From Raillietiella orientalis (Eukaryota), in the NCBI GenBank assembly GCA_036172245.1, contig JAYWIR010000038.1, forward strand, positions 62,001 to 126,000: a stretch of DNA of 64,000 nucleotides. Direction: 5' to 3'. Numbering within the stretch: position 1 is the first letter of the stretch; every line of letters begins with the position of its first letter. Below are positions 13,401 to 26,375 of the stretch, piece after piece. The notes beneath the pieces are model-generated. The model did not search any database. It was not told the DNA's origin and was given only the letters and a program-made list of their open reading frames with translations. A program made the position numbers and the translations under genes.

Positions 13401-15720
13401 TGTCGTCTCGGAAGGGAAGCGAAATTGAAGACATTTTCCATTTAACACTGCAAGGTCGAAACTTTGCCCTAGTCGAAACGACCGAAGAGTGCACGTGAGT
13501 TCCCCACCCTAAACTCGTAGGCTGGCAGCAGAGTTGCAGAACCCACCCGAACGCTCGGGGGAGAAACAAATGAACCGAACAGCAAAAAACAGAACAGCGT
13601 GTTGGAATGCAAAGAGAAAAGGATGTTGAGCGGTTTGCGAGGCAAAGACTGGTGGTGTCTTGAAAGCAGGCATCCCGCACCACCATCCGGCAACACGCAG
13701 GCGATTACGATTCGACAAGGGTTTGCTAGGCAACCTCCCATCAAGGCGGATGATCCTTGTCAGCATCATTATTATTACCTTATGGGACCACAAAACATCG
13801 CCTCCGGTCTTCTCAGCAGGGCAACACGGAAAAGACGCGAGTTCTAGGGATTCCTCCTCGCAGCTGGACTCCTTATGCACGAGTCTCAGGGAGGAAGAAG
13901 GCCACACTGGGAGTCCCCGAGAAGGAAGCGGGTCCGAACAGCCAAGAAAGGAGACCTTCCCCCGAGGGGATGGCCAGCAACGGAACGTGCGCATGATCGA
14001 AAAGGAATCGCCCGCTAACCGAACGGACAAGCACGGTGCTGCCGCTGAAGGGCCCGAGCACACCTCCCTTGAGACCCCAAGCACCGCCTCAAGTCGGAAA
14101 CAACGTGGTGGCAGCACTACGTCCAGGAAACGCGGTCGCTCGCCCTCGCGAAAGCAGCACCTGTCGGTCGCCCTCGAGGATGCAGAAACTGGGAACGCAG
14201 CGCCGCCCCGTTCCCGCCCTTCAGCACCCGAGCGCCAACCTCCGTCCTACAAGGGAAGGCGGAAATCTCCTGCCACCCCCCACCCCACCTCTCACCCATG
14301 GGTTCCACCTCCGCGTGCACTCTGCCCGCTCGACCGCGCGACGGACTTGCCCAAATGGGCGAGACCCGAGGTTTCTCTGGGCGAGAGCCGCAAACCGGAA
14401 ATCCCGTCGCAAAGTGCCCCGCGAAACTCGTGAGCAGAGATCGTTTACCTTTCCCTGTTTGTTTTAACGGACTGCTCCGAGCATCCGGTTGCGCCCTGCT
14501 TCCGGAGATAAGAAGGGGTTTCTCTCGCTCCTTTCTGTTCTTTTTGCTTTTGTTTTGCTGTTTTTGGGCGCTTCACACCTCCCACCCACCCCTCTCCTTT
14601 CTGCACGAGGCGTTCGGAACGGACGCGACCGCCGCGAAGGGCACAGCCAGCGTAGATGTAGGTGGCTGAAGATCAGCAGGGTGATGAACGGTGCCGTTGC
14701 TTGGCGCGTGCGCCATCCACCCACGAAGCAGTGAACACAGAACCGCGCAGCCATCGTGATCCAGGAACGCTCTCGCCTCGCACGATCCGGGCGGGAACCG
14801 TCACGACGGCCGTCGCCATGGAAGAACGCCGTCAAACGCGTGCGGCGGAAGACCTCGCCTTCGTCGGTAATGTCCACGCGCCCTCCTGCGCGAAAAGCAG
14901 CCCACGCTGCTTGGGTGCCCCGTTGCCGGCTTTCCCTCCTGCCTTTTCCTGCCTGGTGGGATCGATTTCGTTTCCTGTTTTTTTTTTTTTTTTCTTTTTG
15001 TTTACAAGTCTTCGGCAGTGGCACCCCTGGTGTTTTCCGGGCCCAGTCTCGGAGCGGGCGATCTCTCCTGGAGGAGATCGGCCCGAGCCCCGCACGCGAC
15101 GATTCCGAAAATACGAAAGAAACGCCGCCGACCCGGAGGTGCTGCACCCTGTCGGCGAGCGCGCGAACTGGAGTGGTCTTTTGGCGCGAAAATCCGCGCA
15201 CGCGCAGGGCGTCATCGTCCCTCCGCCGCCCGCGTTCCGTTGCTCCAAGCGGTACGGACAAGCGAGGGGCGGTAAACGTGCGTTTCGAAGGAATCACCTT
15301 GGGAGGCGAAAGTAGGGTGGAGGCCCCCGACCGCGCGATGGGACCTTCGCTTCTCCGCCGCCGGTCAGGGCAGCAAGTCCGACTTTGCCGGATCAGCCCC
15401 TTCCCCCGCTAAAGGTCGCGCGCCGTCCGCCGGCGAGTCGGACGCACCGCACCGGTGAGCGCGAGCTGGCCCACCGGAGAGGATCGCAGCGTTCCGCTCC
15501 AAAACGCGGAAGGTAGTCGGTCGCGCGACCTTGAGCGGGCTGCGACCGGCCGGAACAGACAGAGGCGCCGCCCCCTCCCGTCCTGCCCAGCATCGCGATG
15601 GACCCCTGTCCATGGGCCCATCGGGCCGCAGCCGACAAGGGTCCGGGCGGCCGACCTTGACCCTCTCGCTTCCATGGACGCCCTCCCTTCGACCCGACCT
15701 TCTCGGACTTTCCGCCCTAC

Positions 15721-15831
15721 CTCGTGCCGCCGCAGTCGGCGGTCGGCGCACCCGAGTGCGCGGTCCCTGAAGTGTGGGACTTTGACTGGGGGACTGCTGG
15801 CATCGCCTGCTGCTGGTGGTGGTGGTGGCGG

Positions 15832-15864
<33 letters not shown>

Positions 15865-18800
15865 GTGACCAGCCGCTGCTTGTGGCGCGACAGCGAGAAG
15901 AAGAGGCCTGCAACCACGAGATGATGAGTTCCGGCCCAGGCATCCAGCGCGCAGAGCGACCCTTCCCTCCGCCGGCCGGGATCCAGGGACGGGGGGAGGG
16001 GGCAAAGGGCCCGGGATGTCCAAAGGCCTCCCACTACAGTGGCCCAGTAAAAAATTCCCTCGTGGGGGTCGCTCGCTCTTCCTCTTCCGCCTTCTCCGAG
16101 CCGACGCCGGGCTCGCGGCTGCCGCCCTGCGTTCGGCGAAAGCCTCGGGCACGGCGCTCCAGAAGTCCATCCGGCGGGAGAGGAAGAACAGCCGGGCCAA
16201 GGGCTGCCCCCTTCCACTCAACCCCACCCCCAGGAACCAGCCAAAGAGGGGGCTGCGGGGAAGCTCCTGGGGCTGGCGACTCTCCCCGGAAGACCCTCCT
16301 TCGCGCGCCTCTTGCCGACCCTCGTCCTTGAAGAGGTCCGTCCAACATTTCCTCTGACGGCCGCCCGAAAGAAAACAAAACACGACTGCCAGAGGGCAGC
16401 ACACAACGCCCTGCGGGGCCGGCAGCAACGAGCGACCTGTCCGAGCGAAGGGGGGCTCTGCGCTGCCCCGCCTGCCCGGCTGCCACGCCGGTCCGCGCTT
16501 CCGCGGCGCCTGCTCCTATCCGACTCCGGGCGCGGAGTCCTCCAGGCGGAAGAGCAGCGGGAGGAAGGCGAAACCCTGCATCGATCCCGGCGAAATCCCT
16601 GAGGGCGTCCCCAGGTTCACTGCGTCGCCGCCCGTCCCACCGCTGCCCCGCGACGCTTTAGGCGGAGGCGTGGGGCCGCTCGCACTGCCGACCGCCGAGC
16701 GGAGGGAACGGCCGGGAAACGGGCGCGGGCGATCGATGCGCGCGCGCGCGCTCGGGAGCTCCCGCGCGCCCCACGAAGGGAGGGACGCTAGGCGCCCAGA
16801 AGTTGCGAGACCTCCCAGGACCCCGGAGGCGCCACACACGCGCTGCGGGAAGCACCCGGACGGGAGCATTTTTCGGGAGGCGACCGTGGGGACGCACGCG
16901 CGGGACGCCGATCGCGCCTCGAGGCGGCGGCGTTGCCGGCTGCATGCGCGTGCGCTCGCTCGCCGCGAGATGGCGCTGGCGTTGCGATCGCGCGGCGGAA
17001 GCGACCAGCGACCGTCGACGCCCTCTCTGCTCACCGCACGGAACTCGAGGAGAGGTGGGGAAGGGGAGGGGGACGGGTAGAAATCCGCGCTCCATCTCGC
17101 TCACGCCCGTTCCTCGGACGCCGTCGTTTCCGGGCGAGCGGACCGACGGCGATTTCCGCCGGGGGCGCGACCGTGTGAATCCGGGAAAGGGGCGAGACTC
17201 CCCCTCCCTGTGGCGAGTCACAGCGACGGCGCAACTTGGAGCTGATCCCTGCAAGGTCAGCAGCGCCGCGTCTGCTGGAGGACTGGCGCTCGGGCGCCTC
17301 CTCGGAGCCGCGCAGCGAGCACGCGGGCTGCCGCAAGCTGCTGCGCGCGCCTTTCCGGCACGATGAGGGGGGGGGGGGATAGGTCGGCGAGGGGACCTTT
17401 GCCACGAGGGGGCGGCCTCGGCACGACCGGCACAGCTGCCGCAGTGCGGGCACGACCTGTTCGGCACGGGAGGTTTCTGTGGGGGCCCACTCAGGACGGC
17501 ACCCCGCCACAATGGGGAGAACAATGAGGGCGGGGTGGGAAGGGTTGGAACGTACAGGACGTTTGACTTTTCCCGCGTCCACGCAGTCCGGTCTCCGCGC
17601 AGAGAGAGGCTTTCGACGGAAGAGGCGAATGTTTTCCCGCGGTAGGCAGAGACACAGGGGGAGGAAAAAATAAAACGCTTCCCCTCAGAAAGTTCGTCGA
17701 TCCAGCTTCCTGGTGTGTGTGTGTGAGCGTTTCCAGAACGTTCGTAAAAATAAAACAAGCGCTCGCGGTCGTCATGACGGGCTGCATGCGCGCGCAATCT
17801 TGGCCTAGCGACGACGAATCCAAGTCACCGCTGCACCACCTGTTCGGCGCTTCTTCGATTCTTCCGCCTGCGCGCGCAGCGGCCCACCCGTCCCGGGCGG
17901 GGAACCGCTCCCCTTCCCCCGGGCTCGGTGGTGAGGACGACGCGACGCGGAACAGCGCGCGCCAGAGGGCTCTCCCGGGTGCCACCCTTCCTGCCGAGCA
18001 CCGCGCTGCTTTCAGCCGCAGCTCCCGTTCGGTGAGGAGCGGTGCGTTTCCAGGGTGTCGCTCGGCGAGACCGCAAGACATGCCTGCGGCTGCACTTCGA
18101 CCCGAGACCTTCCGGAAGGAAAGGGACGAAGGGAAAACGACAAAAGGGGAAGGCGGAGGAAGTATCGCCTCGTGAGTGGGTGCGCTCGCTGCGGCGGCAG
18201 TGCGGGACGAGCGCGAGGGTGGAACGACGGGAAGACAGCGCACACGCACCGAGCGAAGGCAAGCAGCAGCAGCCGTGGTCTCCTGGTCGCGGCGGATGGC
18301 ACGTCACGCGCCAGGAAGCGCCGCAAGAGTAAAGGCAGGCACCAACAGAAGCGATGCCTGCATTTTCCGGTGGTCAGTCCACGCGTCGGGGAGGTCAGCA
18401 GTGTGGATCGAGAGAGCCGGTCGCCAAGGAGCGCATGGAGCTCGGCACGAAGTCCCCTGGGAGCAGGGCCCTGCCCAGCGGCCCGCCTGCCAACGCACGT
18501 CGCACGGTCTAGGACTCCTCCCTCACCCTCCCCCCCCGCCTATCCGCGCGCATTGCGCGACGAACCGCCTCGGGCCTCGGCGTCCCGGACCATCTCAGGT
18601 TGTCCCGCCCCACTCCCCGTCGGCCCCACTGCCCCCCAGTGCCCGCAGGGCTTTCGCTTCGGGCTGCAGCCTTCCAACGCGTTCCGCCGCCTACCCGAAA
18701 GGATCTCCTACGGTCCACTCATTGGCACTCCTCGCCTTCCCTACGCCGCCCCACGAGGGCGGTGCTACCACGCTCGAGGATTGACCGTGGGAGGTGAGCG

Positions 18801-19870
18801 GCCCTTCCAGAGCCGCAGCTCCTGCCCACCCGTGGCAGGCGGACCATCTGGCTCGTGGCGGGTTCGCCCGTCTAAGCCTCCGCCAGGCTGGGCGCGGCCA
18901 CCCGGCGAGGGGGAGGAGGAAAACGAGCTGCTTGGAGCGCGCGACCTTTCGACCCAAAGCCCGGACTGCTCCTTTCCGCAGCACGGCCAGGGGATGGGGG
19001 GGGGGCGTCCTGGGATCCTGGCGTCTCCATGCGGACGGGCAGTGGGCGAGCCCAGCTTCCCGCGGCCGGTGACGTCACCAGGAGCGTTACCAGTACGAGG
19101 CGCGCGCGTGAGCCTGCGCTGCCTTCGCCCGTCCTGCGGCCGGATCACAGGACGCGTGCGTCATCAACTCGGGCAGCAGGCGCCGGCAGGTCGCGACCAG
19201 TCTCGCCGGGAGCGACTGGGGTTCCCTCCCTACCGGTCGGCCTGCCCCCTCTCTGCCTTTCGTTCGCTCTGCTCCCGGGGCCGCGCGCGTTCCTCGCAGG
19301 CGCTGCTGGACGTGGCGCCTGCGCGAGGGGAGGGAGGGGCGGCCGGATGGCTGCGCGACGAGCACGCGGGCACCGACGACAGCTCCTTCCGGGCGGCCTT
19401 CCCTTCCCCGCCCCCACCTTACCTCCGCGCACGGGCAGCAGCACGTGGTGGGTGCCGGGACCCGGTGCGGGGAAGCCGCGGGGGGGAGGGGGATTCCGGT
19501 GCTGGCGGACGCGCGCGAAAAGAGCACTCTCGCACGAGCGCGCGCTGATCGTTGCGATCGCGCCCCGAGGCGCGTCCACGCACGCCGCTCTGCGGATCAC
19601 GGGGAGGTCGCTGGGCCGCGTACGAGTCCGCACCCGCGCGCGTCAGCGGCGCAAGGACCGGTGGTCCCCCTGCGGGAAGTCCGATCTTTCGAGATCGGCT
19701 CGTGTGCTGCGCGAGAAGCCGCCGCGCGCGCGCGCGCGATCGAGGAACGCGGCCGCGCGCCGTCGTCCTCTTCTCCTGTTACGGGCAGCGCAGCACCACA
19801 CATCGCGCGGGATCGCCTCTTCTGTTTGATCTGCGCGGGGCGAGGGAGCGAAAACCAAAAGCACACACAT

Positions 19871-19904
<34 letters not shown>

Positions 19905-22221
19905 AGGCCCCTCGAGCCGGATGAGACGGTCCGCTTTCGTGCTGCCCGGTCGTCATGGGCGTTACGCGAGCCGAGGGGATGGATTTCGGGCAGAGAGGGC
20001 ACCGCCGGGGCACGGAAACCTCCCGCGACAAAAACAATTTTTTTTTTCTCTCCCTCTCTCTCCCGGAGACCGCGCTGCCTCTGCGGCCCGGATGAGCGGA
20101 GCACCAGCGACGCCCCTCTCTCTCTCCCCACCCCTTCCCAAGCAGCGTTCGGGGGACAGGAACAGGCGACGCCCCCCCCTGTCGCGGGAAAAGAGAAAGG
20201 CGCGAAGGAAGCAGCGGTCGTTCTCAATGGCCACCCCCTTCTTCCTGCGCGCTCCGAAAACGGGACTCCGTCCCTGGCTCCTCGGCGTGCCCTTCCGCGA
20301 GATGAGCCTGCCAAGAAGGATAGGGCTAGGAGCGTGCGCGCCTCCGTCCGGATTCATCCCCGTGGGTCCCGCTCTCGTTTTCGAAAAGAGGCGGGAACAG
20401 CCGGAGCTCCCACTCTTGCATGCAGCCGTGCGGGTTCCCCCCGTACATCCCGGTGCCCCACAAGAGTTCGTCATCTGGATTTTTCCCGGAAAGAGGCGCG
20501 TGCGGAACGCCTCGCCTGTAGACAGGGTTCCCCCCGCTCCCCGCTGAAAGTCGGAAGCCCGGGAGAGGACGGGGGGGGGGGGACGAGCCGTCTTCATGAA
20601 TGAGCGCGTATTTACGGTATCCCGCATGAGACTACATTCCAGGGCGCGATCGCTGGGACCTACCTAGGATCGATTTCAGGTTCCCATCGAGAATATCTTT
20701 GGCTGTTATATCATCTAACGGAACTCCCAAGTTTGACAGGAACACAAGGCACGCCTGCACATTATCCAGCTAAAAATACATTGAACGGGGGGGAGGGGGA
20801 GGCAAGGTGAGTGGATAACAATGGAGAGTTTTTTTTTTTTCTCTCTTCCCCCCCCCCCTCCTGAGAAAAACTCGAGAATGTTCGAGAAAGCGGTGCTTGC
20901 GGAGCACCCGCGTTGCACAGAAGAAAGGAAGGAAAAAAAATGGAGAAAAATGGAAAATTCACCCGTTCGAAGACAAATCCCATTCGTTCACACGAGAGGA
21001 AGAAGAGCCGGAGGGGGGGGGGGAAGTGCACTCTGTTTCCTCCTTCGCTCCGGAGGAGTGATCTGCGTTTGAATGGAGCGCATCTCTATGGAGTCGATGG
21101 CACAGCATCAGCATCATCGATGATGCTGTTGCCCCCCACCCCCATCGTCGATGGGGGTGGGGGACGTCTTCCCTGCAAACACCGGACGGCCCCCGTGGGA
21201 GCAGGGAGGGTCCCGAGGGAGGCGGTACGCAGGGGTGCCAGCACCTGTGTCCGTGTGTGCTCGCAGGCACGCCACGAGGCCAGGCCGGTTGAAAGTTTTT
21301 TCGACGAGGACAAACACCATCGTTCCATCTCGGGAGGAAGAAAAAAAAAAAAACGCGCGCACACACAAATGCCTTCTACCTGCTGGCAAATGGTAGAAAA
21401 CGATCGCAATTTAATGGCACTCTCAAAACAAAGAGACCGCGCTGCTGATGGTTTTCGATGACTTTTCGTCTCTCTCTCTTTCTCTCAAACACCAAAGTAA
21501 CATTACTGATAACATCCGTGCCTCTCATGAATTACAATCGGTTCAGAAATTTCTCTTTCTCTCTCTCTTTCCCTCTTTTTTTTTTTTTTTTTCCTCTCTT
21601 CTCTGCAATGCTTACTGATTCGAAAACCCTTGCGTTTATGAGATAGGCCTTCGAGCACAAGGATAAGGACAACAACTCGGACATACCGCATGGACCGAAG
21701 TCTTCGGCTTGCGGTTAACTCCTGACACTTTCCGCCCAGCTGAAAATCACGTCAGGAGCTGTGCTGCCGGCGTTTCGGCACGCCCTGGTACTTACTGATG
21801 ATCTCTATCACCTCCACCAGGATCACACCGTCCGCGACGTCCTTCTGGAGATCGCTGATCAGCCGTTTGCTCTTCCCTCTCTCGAGATAGTGGTTCGCCC
21901 ATTCCGTGTAGATCTGAAAGCGATGCAATCTTGCTCCGAGGCCCGTCAATGGAAGAAACCCCTCATCGCCATCTCCATCTGGGCGCGCGCGCGCACGTGA
22001 CTCATATCAACGGGAACCCTGGAGTGCCGTACCGGGGGGAACACGTTCGAATTCCCCCCGGCCAGCAACACCCCACCACCGCGACGGGGGGGGGAGGGAA
22101 GGGGGGAGAGAGGGGGTGAGGGGGTGAACACACACACCCGTGCGAAGGGCTGAAGTGCATGCATGCATACCTGGAGCGTTTCCTGAGCGGTGTACTTCTT
22201 CTTGGCGCTGCTGCTGTTCAT
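15721..22221 (-). CDS. NAV2: Neuron navigator / unc-53 / sickie ortholog, 5' coding part (calponin-homology domain); the gene continues beyond the left edge
   Basis: Five GT-AG exons with consistent phases: 22221-22171 MNSSSAKKKYTAQETLQ; 21913-21796 IYTEWANHYLERGKSKRLISDLQKDVADGVILVEVIEII; 21739-21687 TGRKVSGVNRKPKTSVHA; 20769-20664 LDNVQACLVFLSNLGVPLDDITAKDILDGNLKSIL; 15907-15721 GLFFSLSRHKQ-polyQ/H. IYTxWANHYL and GNLKxILGLFFSLSRxKQ are navigator CH-domain hallmarks. The start codon is uncertain, and the symbol denotes the family. Confidence 0.9.
15834..15863 (-). repeat. (CAG)10 coding polyglutamine tract, followed by HRHHHHQQQ
   Basis: Ten ctg units on the + strand, inside navigator exon 5. 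Confidence 0.9.
18600..18760 (+). mobile_element. Decayed, GC-shifted LINE RT fragment
   Basis: PQCPQGFRFGLQPSNAFRRLPERISYG...LPYAA resembles 'GVPQGSVLGP.LFN.Y...LP..I......LYADD'. Confidence 0.35.
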
Positions 22222-25200
22222 CGCAAGCGGCACCGGCGTCGGGAAGCTCGCATCCGCGTAGAGAGAGAGCACTTCGGCTTGCTGTTTACCCGCGTCGCAC
22301 GCATGCGGCCCGCAGCGAGCGACTAAAAGAACGATGCGAGCAAACTTGGATTCCTCGACACGGAGCACGCATGTCTATATTTGCGACTGCTGCTGCTGCA
22401 GCCACACCGGCGTGCCGCTCGTGGAGAGGACCGGACAGCAGCCATTCGATCAGGGAATGGATTTCTTCCCGGCGACGGAGGAGGGAGGTTGCACCAGTGA
22501 ACTCTTGCGCATGGGTGTACGTGTTTTGGTCATGCGGGCGGCAGTGATTTATCGTCCGCTTCCTCTGAATTCTTTCGTCACACGGTCTGTCCACGGAAAC
22601 CGAAACCCAAGCCCGGAGGAGGACGCGCGTCGAGAGCCAACATCCGAGCGCAAATTCGTCGGTGGATCTTTTTCGGCGCTCATGTTTTACCCCTCTCGGC
22701 GGAGCTGCTGGTGAATTCCTTCGCTTTCCTCCTCCTCTCTCTGTTCTGTTCTGTCTTTTTTTTTTTTTTTTTTGTTGCCTTCTTCTCCTTGGAGATCCTC
22801 CGAAACTATCCCTGTACAAAGTGAGAAAACTTTATTACCCTGTATAAATCGAAAGCGGAAAAAAAAGGAAAAAATAAAAAAAGTGAAACTCAACTCGTTT
22901 TCTTAATTGTACGAGCTCAGCGGCCCTCGTGCGAAAGAACCGTTTTGCGAAAAGCGGGGGGGGGGGAGGGGGGAAGGGGGGTTCGAATAGCTGCCAAGCA
23001 CCAGCCGAGAGGTCCGACTTTCGTTTCACGCAACTGACGACGACGAAAGCTAAAATGGAAGCCGTCGTCGTGGAGGGCGAATCTCCCGGCCAAAGCCACA
23101 TTTCGAAACAGCCACTGCCGCCACCGAAAACGATGCCGATGGCGGAGAAAAACACCAGGAGCGAATGATCCAGCATCCTCTCTCGAGGCAGCCGGCGAGA
23201 AGGTACGGTTTTTCGAAGACTCCGCATCTGCATTCGTTCAGGATTTCTTCCTCCCCCCTTGTTTTTTGCTTTCCCTTTTTTTTTTTTTTTCCTGCACTCT
23301 AAAATTGGACTGCACGAAACGACATTCGGCAGACCGTTCGGAAAAGATAGACGTAAATTCATTCCCAGGAAATTTTCTTCAGCTCCCTTGGAGCGGCACT
23401 GCCGTCCTCGTTGGTTCCGAACACGCGCGGAGATTCCTCGTCGGGTCGTGACGTCACTCTTCCTCAACAGTCGAGGGAGTTCGGGGGAAACGCACTTGCG
23501 TCACTCGCGCGCGCGAGTGACCCGGTTCGCTTCCGGTCACCGCGACTCGCCACCACGTCCTCAAGGATTCAAGACGTCGCCGCACGATCCTCAAGGACTC
23601 CGCGCAGGGAGCGAACGAGTCCCCGCTTTCGTGCGGTCCCTCTCGCCTCACGGGGCGAAAAAATGGGTCTTGGGCGAGTGAGCGATCGGCGGGAACGATG
23701 CGAACGTTCGGCAGATGCCTGCGGCCCTACGGCGATGCCGGGATATTCCTTTTCCTTCCGACAGTCCTGCTTCGGCAAGGGCGGCGTTGACCAAAGGTCG
23801 TCCGAGAGAGAGGGTCCCCCTTCCGCGCTTTCCCTTTCCAGTCCAGCGTGCCCTTCCCCCTCCATCCCTGAACGGGTCCTCCTTCCCTCTCCGGAAGATC
23901 CCTTGCCGTGAGGCAGCATCACGGAGCCGGGGAAATCCCGGGTCATCCAGAAGGAGTCGAGCGTCCCAGGCCCAGATACGAGCGTCAAGTACAAGCACGC
24001 GTCGCGCAGCCTCGTTATCTCCTTGCGTCATTCCCCCCCGGTACGCCGGGATGCTCTTTTTGCTGCTGTTGTTTGAAAACAAGGGCGTTGATACACACTC
24101 TATTTAGCATGCTCACGGTGCTCTATTCATGAATTCTATTTATGGGCCGTGGCGATGGATCTGATTCGTGGGAGGTAGGTACTTTTGGTGGGACTTCGAT
24201 GCCTCGCGAGGCGCGCAGGTGATTTGCCCACCTTCCACATGCCGGGAAAATGGCGTGAGCGCGACAAGGAGATGCGCGCGCATACAGGGAGCACACCGGG
24301 AAGACGTCGCGAGTCCTTTTTTTTTTCTTTTTTTTTGCGCCGCAAGGTACTGGCCTCTCGGCGGTGCGCGCGTGCGCACGCTGCCGCCGCACCTCGCCGG
24401 CGCCCTGCATGCGCGCGCATCGCTCCCTCGGCGCGCAGTCGCCATATGCGGATGGGGAGACGCGATCCCTCAGAAGGGCGGGCGACGTCGACGCGCGCCC
24501 CGTCGGCGGCCGCATGGCGGGATGCGCAGGCTTCGGAACCGAAATTGTCCGGGAGAGCTGCTCACCCCTTTCACGGAGGCCGTGAGCGCGCGGAGCTCTC
24601 CACCCTTCCTCGAGGAGTGCTGCGCTTCGTGGCCGCCGCCGCTGCCCCCCACTCCCCCTCTCCACGACGCTCCGGGACCCTACACGATCGCTGGTTGTTT
24701 TTTTATTTTAGAGTCCGTCCCCTCCCCCCCCCCCCCAATCCCCTTCGCTGCTGCTCGCGCGTAATCGCTTGAGACCTGGGGAACCCTCGCGTTTCGCGGC
24801 CGCCCCCGGTGACCGCTGGCGGCGCTTCGATCGGATGGCGCGTTTTCCGGGACGGTGTGCGCGGGAACGCGCCGAGCGCCCGACCCGTCCGTCATCGCCC
24901 GACTCCTTCCCTCGCAAATCACAAGGGAGCAGGTGGAGGAGGGGAGGGGGGCGTAAGAAGGCGGGAGGTACCGAGGGGAATGATGACTTTCGTTTCGGGT
25001 TTCCCAGTAACGGAACCAGCCTGCTCAGTCACTAGGAAACGTTCGCCGCTCTCCCTCTCCCTCGAACCGCTCAGCAGGATCGCTCCGCCTCGAAACGGCG
25101 AAAAGCAGGGAGGCGGCTGCTGCGCTGCAACAGCGGCGCGGACGAAAGGCCCGCCCGAAGGGGCTCTCCACCCTGGCTCAGGCAGTACTTCTCCGGGGGG

Positions 25201-25947
25201 TCGACGGGATGTGGCTCCCGTCCCTGGACCGGCGGCGCGGGAGGAGGGAGCGACCTTGGAGACGGGCCGGGGAGAGGGACCCCGGCAGCCCGGAAGGAGC
25301 GACGGCCGGGCCTCGCAGGGAACCCAAGCAGCCCGCGCGTACGCGGCTGGCTCTGGACCGCGAGCGGATGGCGAAGCAAACCGGAGGCCGGAGCCACCAC
25401 AGCCCGGAGGCTACACATCACCCCTCCTCAGGCGCCAGAGAGCCGCGGCAAGGAGGCCGCTCGCCCGGCTTGAGCTCCGCACTCCGCGGGAGATCAGCAA
25501 GCGAGGTGAGGGCCTCAGGTCACGTCCCTGACGGGGACTCCGGCGAGGAACGCGAGCTGCTGCTGATCGCCCACCGTGGGTGCCCGCGCGGTCTCCCGCT
25601 CAGCCGGTCACGTCCGGGGTTCCGCGGGGCTGCTGTTCCCGGCGGGCGCTTCCAGCGGTCGCCTTAAAGAGGGGGCTTCCACCTCTACGTCCACTCCCCC
25701 GACCACGATTCCCTGCATCGCGGAAAGCCCATCTTGCCCTGCGGCGGCATTCCATTGCCCGCTGTCCTCCTCATTCTCCTCAGTCGCGAGGCGGGATCGG
25801 CGTCACGGTTCGGACCCTTCCCGGGGAAGGGTCGGCGCCTAGAACGGGGTGGTGCGTCTTGGATTCCGATCTCCCCCCCCCCCTCTGTCCCTCAGGATAA
25901 TGCTGGCTGGTCTACGGGCTTCGCGTGCGGCAGCACCGATGAAAAAA

Positions 25948-26375
25948 CCGGATGACTCCGCTGCCTGGACGGGACTGGAAGTCAATCCTCCGGGATCCTT
26001 CCAGGGATCAGGGAGTCCTTCAGGATTCCCCTCGGTTTGCGATAGTGGAGCCGTCTCCTCCTCCCTCGAGGGGGGGGGGGCAACCCTCCATCGCGTACCA
26101 TAGAGCTGGTTGACACCCCCTTGGTGGTTACCTGTCCAGAGTGTCAAGAAGAGCGCTACTCCTTTCAAGGAGCACCTTTCAGAGAAAATGGGGAAGTGTC
26201 CCTTCGGGGTTCTCTTCAGTAGAGGAAACAGGAAGCAAATCCTTTCCGGGAGGTTCTTCCGGAGAAGAAACGAGGAACGATCCCTTCCGGGGGGAACAAG
26301 CAAGAGATTCTTCCCTTCGGAGGTAATCAGGAGGAGGGTTCCCTCCCAAGCGTGAGAACCCGAGCGCTCCTCAGT
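25948..26375 (-). mobile_element. Isolated Ty3/Gypsy RT-thumb/RNase H fragment, homologous to 32487-32705 and 32882-33315
   Basis: Visible nucleotide similarity to the 32.5-33.3 kb copies: gggactggaagtc, accctccatcg.gtacca..gagctggttg, cccttcg.ggttctcttcag, cccttcggag. The minus strand gives TAPLSQ ... RIDFQSR (GAVLSQ ... VAF.SR-like). Confidence 0.55.

Noticed and set aside
1846..20547. Long ORFs of 300-500 aa in the GC-rich region (e.g. 1846-3321, 5485-6891, 11042-12406, 18055-19548)
   Set aside because: They are R/P/G/A-rich, overlap on both strands, often run through homopolymers and contain no intact domain. This is expected from stop-codon scarcity at high GC.
23569..23994. 141-aa minus-strand ORF upstream of the navigator ATG as a possible first exon
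   Set aside because: No recognisable similarity and no clear splice connection to the downstream exons.
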